Shown here: positions 49,725 through 59,896 of the stretch, one piece after another
How the letters are laid out: the number at the start of each line of letters is the position of its first letter
Position numbering within the stretch: position 1 is the first letter of the stretch
Origin: Candidatus Poribacteria bacterium
GTDB taxonomy: Bacteria; Poribacteria; WGA-4E; PCPOR2b
Direction: 5' to 3'
NCBI GenBank assembly: GCA_965218095.1
Contig: OZ244587.1
Location: forward strand, 1,536,001-1,600,000
Length of the DNA stretch: 64,000 bases
The notes under the pieces: model-generated
What the model was told of the DNA's origin: nothing
Seen by the model: only the letters and a program-made list of their open reading frames with translations
Databases searched by the model: none
Program-made: the position numbers and the translations under genes

Positions 49725-50894
49725 TTGGAATTAATCAAAAATACAAATTTCGATTTTCTCAGCAAAAGGCGGACAGGTTTTCTCTTATCCGCGATTCTCA
49801 TTATTATTGGCGGGGTTTCGCTCATTCTTCGCAATGGACCGAATTTTGGTATTGACTTTCGCGGCGGCGTTAAAATCCACGCTAAATTCAACCGCGCTGT
49901 TACGCAATCGGAGCTCAATTCTAAACTCAGACAACTTGGCTATGAACGCGCAAAAATTCAAGTAAATGCGGAGAAACAGGAAGCATCGATTGACATTGGT
50001 TACAGTAAGAGCCTTGAAAACCAGAAGGTTGTCGTTCCGCTGATTGAAGATCCGGGGGATTCAACGGCGACGAGCATTCCGGTCAGCAGCACGGCAGAAA
50101 GAGTTCATGTATTTCAACCCGGAGATGCGATTCAGTTAATCGAAGGAGAACATCGACTCAGAAATGAGATTCGCGAAATTGTACAACAAGATAACATAAT
50201 CACGTTTGCGCTCGCCAACGAGATTGGCGTTGACTTGACACAAGAAGCTGAAGTACAGATACAGGCAAGTGTCCGTCGAATCCTCTCCGACGCGCTTTTG
50301 CAAGGGGGCGGTGGCTGGCACGCGATGTCAGGAGCAGTGAATGTAGATAATGTCGGAGCGAGCGTTGGCAAAGATCTCAAATGGGATGCGCTGTGGTCAA
50401 TATTCTGGTCAATCGTTATTTTGCTTTTGTATATTTCCTGGCGGTTTGAATTTCGTTTTGCCATTGGCGCCATTGCTGCCTTGATTCACGATGTTCTAAT
50501 TACATTGGGGGTTTTTTCGGTGTTTGCAAAGGAAATTAACTTGCCGACAGTGGCGGCGTTTCTGACAATTATCGGTTATTCCTTAAACGATACGATCGTT
50601 GTGTTTGATCGCATCCGTGAAAACACCAATCTCCTTAAAGGGACAAGTTATGCCGATATTATCAACAGAAGCATCAATCGATCTCTGAGCCGCACTGTGA
50701 TCACTTCCTTGACAACCTTCTTTGTCGTCCTCACAATTTTCGCTCTGACTTTCGGGGAGATTAATACATTCGCATTTGCACTCATTGTTGGCGTCATCGT
50801 CGGAACTTATTCATCAGTTTTCATTGCCAGCCCAATTGTATATATCTGGCATCTAAAAACCCAACATCTACAAACCCAACGAGGTACCGCCTAG
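49725..50894 (+). CDS. secF: Protein translocase subunit SecF
   Basis: FGIDFRGG, VGASVG, IHDV, IIGYSLNDTIVVFDRIRE, GTYSSVFIA. Confidence 0.96.
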   Translation: MELIKNTNFDFLSKRRTGFLLSAILIIIGGVSLILRNGPNFGIDFRGGVKIHAKFNRAVTQSELNSKLRQLGYERAKIQVNAEKQEASIDIGYSKSLENQKVVVPLIEDPGDSTATSIPVSSTAERVHVFQPGDAIQLIEGEHRLRNEIREIVQQDNIITFALANEIGVDLTQEAEVQIQASVRRILSDALLQGGGGWHAMSGAVNVDNVGASVGKDLKWDALWSIFWSIVILLLYISWRFEFRFAIGAIAALIHDVLITLGVFSVFAKEINLPTVAAFLTIIGYSLNDTIVVFDRIRENTNLLKGTSYADIINRSINRSLSRTVITSLTTFFVVLTIFALTFGEINTFAFALIVGVIVGTYSSVFIASPIVYIWHLKTQHLQTQRGTA

Positions 50895-51017
50895 TACTTG
50901 CGGAAACCTAACGCGGATTGCCCCTACAAGATGTTACCTCATCAGTTGCAAATTGGTATAAGGCCACTCTCCGCCTGACGAAACCTCCTTTCCCTGAAAT
51001 TTATCCCGTCAAATCGT

Positions 51018-51800
51018 ATGAATAGCTTCTGGTGGTTTGTTCTGAGTGGATTTATTCTTATTCTTGCGGTTGGCGTTGTGATCATCGCCGCCCGAAGACA
51101 GAGGTTTGTTCATGCCGGAAAATCGAACCATGATAAGAATTTAAATCAGGTTAATGTCCTCGCCCAAGAATTAGTCCATGAGATTCGCAATCCATTAAAT
51201 AGTATTAACCTGAACCTCCAACTCCTGGAAGAAGACCTGACGGAAGGTCAGGGGAACGCGGACGATCTGCAACAGCGCGTTCGCCGTATTCGTGGGGAAG
51301 TTGAGCACTTAGATCGAATATTAACCGATTTCCGGCGCTACGCGCAATTAGCACCTGTAACGGTTGAAACCTGCGACCTCGCCATGCTCATCGAAGAAGT
51401 TTTGGACTTCAATGAGCCAGAAGCGCAAAGACAAAATATCCAGGTTATTCATGAGATTCAAGAACTTCCCTCCATTGAACTTGATCGAGAACAGTTCAAG
51501 CAGGCGCTGCTCAATTTAATTCTCAACGCGAATCAGGCAATGGAGGATGGCGGTCAATTAACAGTTCGTGCAAAACCCCTGAATGGTCAGATACAGATTG
51601 ACGTAGAGGATACAGGCCGGGGCATTCAGCCAGACCGTATTGACAAGATCTTTGATCTGTTCTTTTCCACGAAAGAAGATGGGACTGGGGTCGGACTCAC
51701 GATTGTGAAACAGGTTATCGAAGGGCACGACGGGTATGTAAGCGTAGAAAGCGTCCCTGATCAAGGCACGAAATTCTCTATCTTGCTGCCTGCCAAGTAG
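51018..51800 (+). CDS. Sensor histidine kinase (single TM, HisKA, HATPase)
   Basis: HEIRNPL, NLILNA, DTGRGI, FFSTK..GTGVGL. Confidence 0.93.
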   Translation: MNSFWWFVLSGFILILAVGVVIIAARRQRFVHAGKSNHDKNLNQVNVLAQELVHEIRNPLNSINLNLQLLEEDLTEGQGNADDLQQRVRRIRGEVEHLDRILTDFRRYAQLAPVTVETCDLAMLIEEVLDFNEPEAQRQNIQVIHEIQELPSIELDREQFKQALLNLILNANQAMEDGGQLTVRAKPLNGQIQIDVEDTGRGIQPDRIDKIFDLFFSTKEDGTGVGLTIVKQVIEGHDGYVSVESVPDQGTKFSILLPAK

Positions 51801-51917
51801 GGCGTTCAAGGGTTCAAAAGTTCAGATTGGAGCGAAGTGGAAACCCCCCGATCCGTGATCGGGACAGGCCGATCTGTCGGGGAGTTCATTTACGTTTTAC
51901 GCAAGTCAGGTGATGAG

Positions 51918-53297
51918 ATGAACCCAAAAATTCTTGTTGTGGATGATGACCCAGCAAGTGTCGAGGCGACCGTCGAAGCGCTCAAACGTGAAGGCTATGA
52001 TCTGTTTTCTGCGTCGGGTGGACGTGAAGCCCTGAAGATTTTAAACGCGGAAAATGTCGATGTGGTGATCACAGACATCAAAATGCCAGATCTGAGTGGG
52101 ATTGATCTGCTTAAGTATATCCACCACAACAATCCCTACACGCAGGTTATCATCTTAACTGGCTACGGCACGGTTGATAGCGCAGTCGAAGCCATAAGCA
52201 CCGGAGCGGTCTCTTACCTTGAGAAGCCGATAAAAATTAACATCCTGCGCCATTGGGTCAAAAACGCCCTCGAAAAGCAGTCGCTCTTCCTTCAAAACGT
52301 CAATCTCAGAGAGCAAATCGATGAGAAGTTTGGGTTTGCAAACATTATCGGCACATCAAAACCGATGCAGGAGCTTTTCCGCATGATCCGGCTTGTTGCG
52401 CCGACGAATGCAACGGTCTTGATTACCGGAGAGAGTGGGGTTGGCAAGGAATTGATTGCGAAGGCCATTCACAATCACAGTCCTCGGAGACACAAACCGT
52501 ACAAAGCTATCAATTGTGGCGCACTTTATCGAGAACTTCTCGAAAGTGAGTTGTTCGGCCATGAACGTGGTGCTTTCACGGGCGCGACTGCCCGTAAACT
52601 GGGCGTGTTTGAACAGGCAGATGGAGGCACGCTGTTTCTCGACGAGATTGGAGAAATGGGTCCGGAAACGCAGGTGAAATTCCTACGTGTTTTAGAAGAG
52701 CGTGAATTCACGCGACTCGGGGGCGATCAGACCAATCGAGTTGATGTCCGGGTCATCGCTGCATCGAATAAAGACCTCGAAGAAGCGGTACAAAACAAAG
52801 AGTTCCGAGCTGATCTTTACTACCGAATCAACCGATTTCGGCTACGGGTTCCGCCGCTAAGAGAGAGGCGAGAGGATATCCCCCTCCTTATCAGTGCGTT
52901 CATCAAAGAGTTCAGCAAAGAACATGATCGACCTGTCACGGAGATCACCCCCGAAGCGATGAATTATCTGAAAAACGCTGATTGGCCCGGCAACGTCCGT
53001 GAGCTACGCAATGTCATCGAAACCGCGGTCATTTTAGCGACAACGCTAACCATTAAGCTCAGCGATCTCTCATCTGAGTTTCAAAATGAAGTTTCCACAT
53101 CGTTGCTCATCTCCGATGAGACCGTGGGAAAAGTTGGAATGACAATGGAAGAAATCGAGAAAGAGGCTATCGGCAAAACGCTGGAGGAGACGAACGGCAA
53201 TAAGAAGCGAGCGGCGGAGATGTTGGGAATCGGTCTGCGGACGCTTTACCGTAAACTCGAATCTTATGGCTGGCTGAATAAAAGAGATCAAGAGTGA
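51918..53297 (+). CDS. NtrC/AtoC-family sigma54-dependent response regulator
   Basis: Receiver (VVDDD, DIKMP), [22 protein letters not shown], Fis-type HTH. Confidence 0.95.
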   Translation: MNPKILVVDDDPASVEATVEALKREGYDLFSASGGREALKILNAENVDVVITDIKMPDLSGIDLLKYIHHNNPYTQVIILTGYGTVDSAVEAISTGAVSYLEKPIKINILRHWVKNALEKQSLFLQNVNLREQIDEKFGFANIIGTSKPMQELFRMIRLVAPTNATVLITGESGVGKELIAKAIHNHSPRRHKPYKAINCGALYRELLESELFGHERGAFTGATARKLGVFEQADGGTLFLDEIGEMGPETQVKFLRVLEEREFTRLGGDQTNRVDVRVIAASNKDLEEAVQNKEFRADLYYRINRFRLRVPPLRERREDIPLLISAFIKEFSKEHDRPVTEITPEAMNYLKNADWPGNVRELRNVIETAVILATTLTIKLSDLSSEFQNEVSTSLLISDETVGKVGMTMEEIEKEAIGKTLEETNGNKKRAAEMLGIGLRTLYRKLESYGWLNKRDQE

Positions 53298-53673
53298 AGG
53301 TGATACGTGATTGTAGAAATTTGCAAATGAGCAAATGAAGCAAGACTTTTCCCGAGAAAAAAAGGTCCCACCAGAATGGATTTCAAAAGGATATTTTCCA
53401 GGGATTTGGCTGGCGATGTTTTATCCTCATAATACATACAGCCTTCATATCGGCCCGCTTTGTCTGATTCGATTTTATTTTAAGGACGGTTATCGGATTT
53501 ATGATGGACAAAATCCACATCACCAGGATTTATGGGCGCATTGGGAAAGGTGATACGGTTCTTCAGGCGGGCGATGTGGTCGAGGTTCTTGGCGCAGCGG
53601 ATGAATTGAGCGAGGCGGAGTTGTGTCTGTCGCGCTGAAAATTCTGTAAAGTGATGAAGAAAGGAGATCTAAT

Positions 53674-54603
53674 ATGTCGAAACAACACGATAGTGGGCTC
53701 ACCCAAGAGCAGGTCAACTTCTTTAAGGAGAACGGGTACCTCCATGTCAAGAATGTGATGGACTCTTGGGAACTTGAGCGCTTGGATGTGGAGACGATGC
53801 AGATAATCAAGTCCTGTAGGAAAGCTATTGTGCCAAATGAGGAGTACATGTATAGTATGGATCCGGTGACAGGCGCCATGGTCTTGCGGCGTATTAATAG
53901 TATGTTCACAAAGGGCAATGTCTTTTTCGCCTTATACGGCCACCCCCGTCTCCTGAGGATTGTCGAATCTATCCACGGTCCCAACATCGTTACCTGGCAG
54001 GACACGATGGTCGTCAAATTGCCCGAGTATGGCGTACCCGTTCCATGGCATCGCGACCCAGGAAATGCCCGTGTCCAGCCTCCTTTCGATATCGATGTCT
54101 ACCTCGATGCTGCTACACCGGAAAACGGGTGTCTCTACGTCGTGCCGGGAAGCCACCTGTGGCAGGGCTTTGACTTACAGGATATGCTCGATAATCATGG
54201 GTTTAATTTACCCGGAGCCATCCCAGTCGTCACTGAACCGGGGGATGTCCTGTTACATAGTCCTAACCTGCTCCACGGCTCACGAGTGACTCGGGGCAAG
54301 AAGGTCCGGCGGGTAATTTACTTTGCCTTCTTCACCATTGAAGAGATGCTCAGTCGAGGTGGGAAGTGGGATGCGGACTACGTGCGCTCATGGATCAGCG
54401 TCATGCTTGAGGCAATTGAGAGCCGCGCCAAGCTACCCGAAACCGCCGATGAGGTGCCCTTTGAGTACAACCCGACCCTGGAGGAATTCAAGCTAGATCC
54501 ACAGAATCTTGGTTATGTGGAGAGGCAGATCAGACGTATTCCAGATACCTTTGAGCCAGTCTACAAATATTCTCCCCTGAACCCCGTTAAGGCCAAAATC
54601 TAA
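53674..54603 (+). CDS. PhyH-family dioxygenase
   Basis: FKENGY, PWHRD, ENGCLYVVPGSH, LLHGS. Confidence 0.92.
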   Translation: MSKQHDSGLTQEQVNFFKENGYLHVKNVMDSWELERLDVETMQIIKSCRKAIVPNEEYMYSMDPVTGAMVLRRINSMFTKGNVFFALYGHPRLLRIVESIHGPNIVTWQDTMVVKLPEYGVPVPWHRDPGNARVQPPFDIDVYLDAATPENGCLYVVPGSHLWQGFDLQDMLDNHGFNLPGAIPVVTEPGDVLLHSPNLLHGSRVTRGKKVRRVIYFAFFTIEEMLSRGGKWDADYVRSWISVMLEAIESRAKLPETADEVPFEYNPTLEEFKLDPQNLGYVERQIRRIPDTFEPVYKYSPLNPVKAKI

Positions 54604-54626
54604 TTTAGCAGAGGAGGAAATAACTC

Positions 54627-55667
54627 ATGTCCACTTCAAAGTTTATTCCGTTTAAAGAGGCAAACCCTTACATAAACGATGCGCAGACCTTAGCCGCAAG
54701 GTTTTCCGATGACGGCTATCTCTTCTTCAGAAATTTGCTTGATAGGCAAAGGGTTGAGACCGTAAGGGACAGTATCATTGATGTCCTCAAGGAACATGGT
54801 TTTGTCGATCAAAACGCGATCTCAGACCCAATCTGGTCAGGCAAATGGCCCGAGACAAATGAGTTGTCACCTGACGGCGTCGTCACAAAAGACATCGTCA
54901 AGCTGGAGGTTCTGGGCGAACTGGCTGTGGCGCAAGAACTCATAGAAGTTCTGGGACGGGTGCTGGGAGGAGAGGTTTTCTGTTGGGAAGACAACAAAGG
55001 TAGACTCAGAATGATGCTCAGTGGTAAAAAGAGCATGCAAGTCGCAGATGGTCCCAAATTTTCTTTTACGACCCCACCCCATCAAGATTACTATTTTTTT
55101 CGACCGGTGCAATTCTGTACCGTCTGGATACCCCTGATGGAGATCGATGCGTCCCTCGGTGGGTTGGCGATCGGGGCTGATTCCCATAAAGAGGGTTTAC
55201 ATGAGGTTTGGTGGAAGGGCAAAGAGTATCTTGGCGTGGCTGAAAGTCTTGAACAAGCCGGGGCATGGCGAGAGGAAGAGGCTGTCGTCGTTGCCGGTAC
55301 GACAAAGCCTCTTACCGGGGATAGAGTCTGGCTGAGATCGGATTATCGGCTTGGAGATGTCCTCATCTTTCATCCGCTGATGATGCACACAGGCGTGGCA
55401 AACAATTCCGACAAAGTGAGACTTTCGACCGATTTCAGGTACCAGCGGAAAGGGACCCAAACGAATTGGGAATCCCACACACCCATGGTCGAATCGTCGA
55501 GATACTTCGGCGAAATCTTGAAAACTCTGGATGAACTCGGCGTGAAAACGGGGGTATACGAAAAAGTGTGGGAAACTATGCGTCTAGAAGGTCCGAGTCC
55601 CAAAGCGGATTGCGATATATCTAAGCGCGTGAAAGAACTGGTCGAGCAGGTGGCCGGCTCAGGTTAA
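54627..55667 (+). CDS. PhyH-family dioxygenase
   Basis: DDGYLFFR, TPPHQD, TVWIPL, GDVLIFHPLMMH, RLSTDFRYQ. Confidence 0.9.
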   Translation: MSTSKFIPFKEANPYINDAQTLAARFSDDGYLFFRNLLDRQRVETVRDSIIDVLKEHGFVDQNAISDPIWSGKWPETNELSPDGVVTKDIVKLEVLGELAVAQELIEVLGRVLGGEVFCWEDNKGRLRMMLSGKKSMQVADGPKFSFTTPPHQDYYFFRPVQFCTVWIPLMEIDASLGGLAIGADSHKEGLHEVWWKGKEYLGVAESLEQAGAWREEEAVVVAGTTKPLTGDRVWLRSDYRLGDVLIFHPLMMHTGVANNSDKVRLSTDFRYQRKGTQTNWESHTPMVESSRYFGEILKTLDELGVKTGVYEKVWETMRLEGPSPKADCDISKRVKELVEQVAGSG

Positions 55668-55937
55668 CGAGTTTAACAATAGGGGGTGTGTACTATCACT
55701 AAATCTTTGAGAAGCCACATCTGTTAAAAGTTTCAACCGGCTTTGATTCAGGGTATAGTTCCCTTGAATGGACAGTACCAAAAGCACAAGCAGACATACT
55801 GAAAAGTACCGATGCAACAACATATTTGTCTCCTTTCTTTTCCTAAACGTCCGCGTGCAATACCGCGTCACTTGTTTTCAACAGTTACCATTATACTGAA
55901 TGTTTACATCATAATCAGTAAAACTTTAAGGAAGATG

Positions 55938-55966
55938 TTGACATAAATATAGGATTGTGATATAAA
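55938..55966 (+). promoter_or_regulatory. Sigma70-type promoter
   Basis: TTGACA-N17-TATAAA with TG extension. Confidence 0.6.
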
Positions 55967-56235
55967 TGATGCTCAAGTGATGGGCAAGTAGCCTTGAATA
56001 AGTCTGACCACAAAACTTATTAGCCTTGCCTTTGTTATACCATTTTGCGTTTCAATGAGTAACATTAGTAACACATGTCTCCCGATTTGTGATCTGTGAA
56101 ATAAATTCTGATGGATGTTGTACAGCGATCAGTCCGATCGCTAAACGATTTAGCGAATCGTTTACGTTCAAAATTTATTTCACAAGGCGCCAGGATTTTA
56201 AGGGGCATAATGAAAATAAAAAAGACTGATATCAG

Positions 56236-56790
56236 ATGTTGCTTCTTGTCCTCGTGTTTCCTTGTCCTCTTGTCCTCTTGTCCTCTGCTTATGCCTCCTC
56301 CCCTATCCCAATTGGTCGCGCCAAAGTGGATCCGCGTTTGCGCTGGAAACTGAGCGTTTTTTCATCCACTTCCATCAAGGTGGAGCGTACCTCGCCCGCC
56401 AGACGGCCTTTCTCACCGAAAAAATCCATCTGCGACTGACCCATGAGATGAGTTGGCAGCCTCATGGGAAAACCCAAATCGTGATTAATGATAGCATTGA
56501 CGTTGTGAACGGGGTTGCAACCCCCTTACTCTACAACCAAATCTCAAATCTTCAACTATCCCACACAGCCCCTTTTAGGGCTTGGGCATTTTGAGGATTG
56601 GCTGGAGTAGCTGCTCATCCACGAGTACACGCACACCCTGGACATCGGGCGAGTCGATGGCTTCGCAAAAGGGATGCAGTCAGTTTTTGGAAAGATCTGG
56701 TTTCCGAAAGGATTCGTCTCTTCACTGTTCACGGAAGGATACGCAACCTACAATGAGACGCACTACACCGGTGATGGGCGAGGACCTGCC
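56236..56790 (+). pseudogene. N-terminal remnant of a peptidase MA-like outer-membrane protein gene
   Basis: ETERFFIHFH, NGVATP, LLIHEYTH, FTEGYATYNET across broken frames. Confidence 0.7.
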
Positions 56791-56954
56791 TAGTTTGGCT
56801 CAAACCTTGCCATATCATCTGAAGGTAAGTGGAAACGCTTTGGGGAAGGATGAAGTCCCCATGAAAATCATTGGAATAGTGTCCAAACTTTATTAAAACC
56901 TGCTTGAATCGCTATTCCTTAACTCTAAATCGCCTAAAAGAAGGGATACTCATT

Positions 56955-58409
56955 ATGAGACAACATCGAACGATCTACTTTAATGACGCACGCCACTACT
57001 ACCTGTTTGTCTTCGAGCCGCCGATGCGGTTGGAAGATGCCTGGCGCCCTGTCGACGAGGTAGCTGGCACAGCTGTCGATACCTTCATCTACGGGGTATC
57101 GCGCACGGATGGGCTATTCTATCCCTCCAAAATTGGTCTTCGCTTTGGGGAAGACATGCGTCCCTTTGACTTCTCAGCCTACTGGCGCGTCTGGGAGAAT
57201 ATGCAGAGTTTGATCGACCGTGGGCTCGATCCGTTGACTGTTCTGATTGACCGGGCCCACCAGAAAGGTATGGACTTTTTTGCCAGCCTGCGCATGGGCG
57301 GCTACGGCGGCATGGCCCCGCAGCACGCAATCGCTGCCGGCGGGCGGGGATTCGTGCACCCCGAAGTCCGCGACCACCAGTTTGCTGTGCTGGAGGAGCT
57401 TGCCACGCGGTACCCGGTCGAGGGTGTCGAAATGGACTTCGCCGCGGCTCCAGGTGGAAGTCCATTCTGGCTGAAACCTGAAGACGCACCGGAATATACG
57501 CCGGTGATGACCGATTTTGTCCGGAAAGTCGCTGATGTGGTGCGGAACCGACCGGGCGAGCCTGGCCAGATAGGAGCGCGTGTCTATCCGACTGAGGAAC
57601 TGAATCGGAAGACGGGATTGGATGTACACACTTGGCTTGAAGAGGGGCTGATTGATTTTGTGGTGCCTATGGTCTATGTGTTTTTTGTCCTCGACGCCAA
57701 CATGCCCATTGACTGGCTGGTGCAGGCTGCCCACGAAAACAACATCTCGGTATACGCCATGATGCAGCCTTATTATAGTGAAGAGAGCCGTCAGTTCCAT
57801 TCGGTGGAGAATGCCTCTCCGGCTATGATGCGGGCGGCAGCCACCAATTTCTGGGAACTTGGCGTCGATGGGCTTTACACGTGGTTTCTGTCCTGGCCTT
57901 TGGGCAATAGGGAACGCCGTATCCTCACGGAGTTGGGCGATCCTGAGCTGGCGAAGGAAGGGGATAAGCACTACTTTTTGCGCCGGCGTTCCGACGCGAC
58001 TAGCGGGCACGATTACGAAGCGTTCCTGCCGGTCGAAATCCCCTCGGCGGATGCGAGCAAACGCTATCAGATTCCCTTTTCCATCGCCGATGATACTGAG
58101 AATGACCGTGTGCAGGCTATCCAACTCCGGCTTATCGTGAGCAACCTGGTGACGGCGGACACATTTGAGATCCTGTTGAACGGGAAGTCGCTGGCTGGAG
58201 AAAACTGCAAGCGCAGCACTATCAGAACAATCGATCCGTATGCCGGTCAGTGGCTGGAATTGCACTTGGAACAAGTGCGTCCACAGAAGGGGCGAAACGT
58301 GCTGGAGGTCGCACTGAAAGCACGACCCGCCGGTTTTGCAGGTGGGGTGACGGTCGAAGATGTGGAAATTATCATCGAGTATAGCGCATATCCGGGCGGT
58401 CTTGCATAA
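56955..58409 (+). CDS. Putative glycoside-hydrolase-like TIM-barrel protein (GHL10-like)
   Basis: IYFND, AHQKGMDFFASLRM, YPVEGVEMDF, GVDGLYTW. Confidence 0.7.
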   Translation: MRQHRTIYFNDARHYYLFVFEPPMRLEDAWRPVDEVAGTAVDTFIYGVSRTDGLFYPSKIGLRFGEDMRPFDFSAYWRVWENMQSLIDRGLDPLTVLIDRAHQKGMDFFASLRMGGYGGMAPQHAIAAGGRGFVHPEVRDHQFAVLEELATRYPVEGVEMDFAAAPGGSPFWLKPEDAPEYTPVMTDFVRKVADVVRNRPGEPGQIGARVYPTEELNRKTGLDVHTWLEEGLIDFVVPMVYVFFVLDANMPIDWLVQAAHENNISVYAMMQPYYSEESRQFHSVENASPAMMRAAATNFWELGVDGLYTWFLSWPLGNRERRILTELGDPELAKEGDKHYFLRRRSDATSGHDYEAFLPVEIPSADASKRYQIPFSIADDTENDRVQAIQLRLIVSNLVTADTFEILLNGKSLAGENCKRSTIRTIDPYAGQWLELHLEQVRPQKGRNVLEVALKARPAGFAGGVTVEDVEIIIEYSAYPGGLA

Positions 58410-58462
58410 AACTCTCCGAAGGACAGATTGAGCAATTTAACAGAAGCGTCGGTGAAATCCCG

Positions 58463-58591
58463 CAGGACTTACGCAGTTGATTCTACGGACTCAAGCTATA
58501 TCTGCATCCTGTATCTTGCATCTTGTTCTGGATTCAGGATTCAAAATGCAGGCACAACACGGTTTGTTCAATTTGAAGTGCGTAACTCCTA
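58463..58591. mobile_element. MITE, CAGGACTTACGCA family, copy D
   Basis: caggacttacgca...tgcgtaactccta; flanks TCCCG/TCCTG (one mismatch). Confidence 0.8.
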
Positions 58592-58658
58592 TCCTGATTA
58601 AAGATAGGGTTAGAGATCTGTGAGAGGAGATTTCAGAAAGGAAATTTCTGTTGACCTG

Positions 58659-58700
58659 AAGTTGACGAATTGGTAAGATAAGTTGACGAATTGGTAAGAT
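58659..58700. repeat. 21-bp tandem duplication
   Basis: aagttgacgaattggtaagat x2. Confidence 0.85.
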
Positions 58701-58815
58701 AGCTGACGAGCTTTGAATTTCCCGTAAACAGGAACGGGATTCCACTACGCTCAACTTGCCCTCATGAACTTACGTTTCTCGCACCGCGTTTCACACAATC
58801 CTAGGGGGCGTTAAA

Positions 58816-59877
58816 GTGAACTTTGATCCAACAGATCAAGATATTGTTGTCAGTGCTGATGAATTGAGAGAATTCGCCAGCCAATTGTATCAGAAAGGCG
58901 GCGTTCCCAAAACCGATGCCGATGCGGTTGCTCAGTTGCAAGTCGAAACAGATCTGCGAGGCATTCATTCACACGGCACTCGCCACCTGCCAGGCTACAT
59001 CCGAGGCATTCTGGCTGGAAACACTAATCCAACCCCAAACCTCACGATTACCCGCGAAGGTCCAGCGTTTGCGCGGGTTGACGGCGATCGAGCGTTGGGG
59101 CATGTCGCCGGCAAGTTCTCAATGGAATTAGCGATTGAAAAGGCGAAGGTCGCTGGCATTGGTGCGGCGGGAGCATACACCACCAATCACTTTGGCGCCG
59201 CCAGCGCCACTGCCATGCTCGCCCTCGAACACGGAATGATTGGGTTCAGCACATCAACGAGTGGTCGAGGAGTTGCACCGTATGGTGGGAAAACAGGGGT
59301 CGTTGGGAATAACCCATTCGCTTATGCCATCCCTGCGAAAACCGAACCTCCCATTGTTCTTGATATGGCGTGCGGCGTTTCGGCATGGGGACGTGTTGAC
59401 ACAATGCGGTTATATGGACAAAAGCTAGGCCCCGGTTGGGTGTTGGATGAAAATGGCAAAGAAACGGATGACCCCAATAAAGCGCATGTCCTGTTGCCAA
59501 TAGGTGGCGCAAAGGGGTACGCCCTCGCATTATCGGTGGACGCATTGGCAGGTCCGTTGACGGGTATGCTCGCAACCGTCAATAAGAAAGGTGGCCTTCC
59601 CTCTGACAAACAGGGCTCGGGGCTTTTCTTCTATGCGATCAACATCGACAGCTTCGTCCCGCTCGATGAATTCACTGAGGAGATTGATCGGGAAATCCAC
59701 GAGCTTCGTTCAAGTCCGCCCGCCGAGGGGTTTGATCAGGTTTATTTCCCTGGTGAGTTGGAAGCGCTGAAGTACGAACAGTGGAGCCAAAACGGACTCC
59801 CGCTCCACCGCGATCACTTAAAGGGATTGGCGGATTTAGCAGCTAAACTGGGCATTCCCGTGTTTTGGGGAGCATAA
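58816..59877 (+). CDS. Ldh_2-family (type 2 malate/L-lactate) oxidoreductase
   Basis: DLRGIHSHG, NHFG, GNNPFA, VLDMA, GGAKGYAL, VYFPGE. Confidence 0.93.
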   Translation: MNFDPTDQDIVVSADELREFASQLYQKGGVPKTDADAVAQLQVETDLRGIHSHGTRHLPGYIRGILAGNTNPTPNLTITREGPAFARVDGDRALGHVAGKFSMELAIEKAKVAGIGAAGAYTTNHFGAASATAMLALEHGMIGFSTSTSGRGVAPYGGKTGVVGNNPFAYAIPAKTEPPIVLDMACGVSAWGRVDTMRLYGQKLGPGWVLDENGKETDDPNKAHVLLPIGGAKGYALALSVDALAGPLTGMLATVNKKGGLPSDKQGSGLFFYAINIDSFVPLDEFTEEIDREIHELRSSPPAEGFDQVYFPGELEALKYEQWSQNGLPLHRDHLKGLADLAAKLGIPVFWGA

Positions 59878-59896
59878 GTTGAAAGGAGAAAAAATC

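Noticed and set aside
57174-58274. 366-aa minus-strand ORF
   Set aside because: Antisense shadow of the 56955-58409 gene
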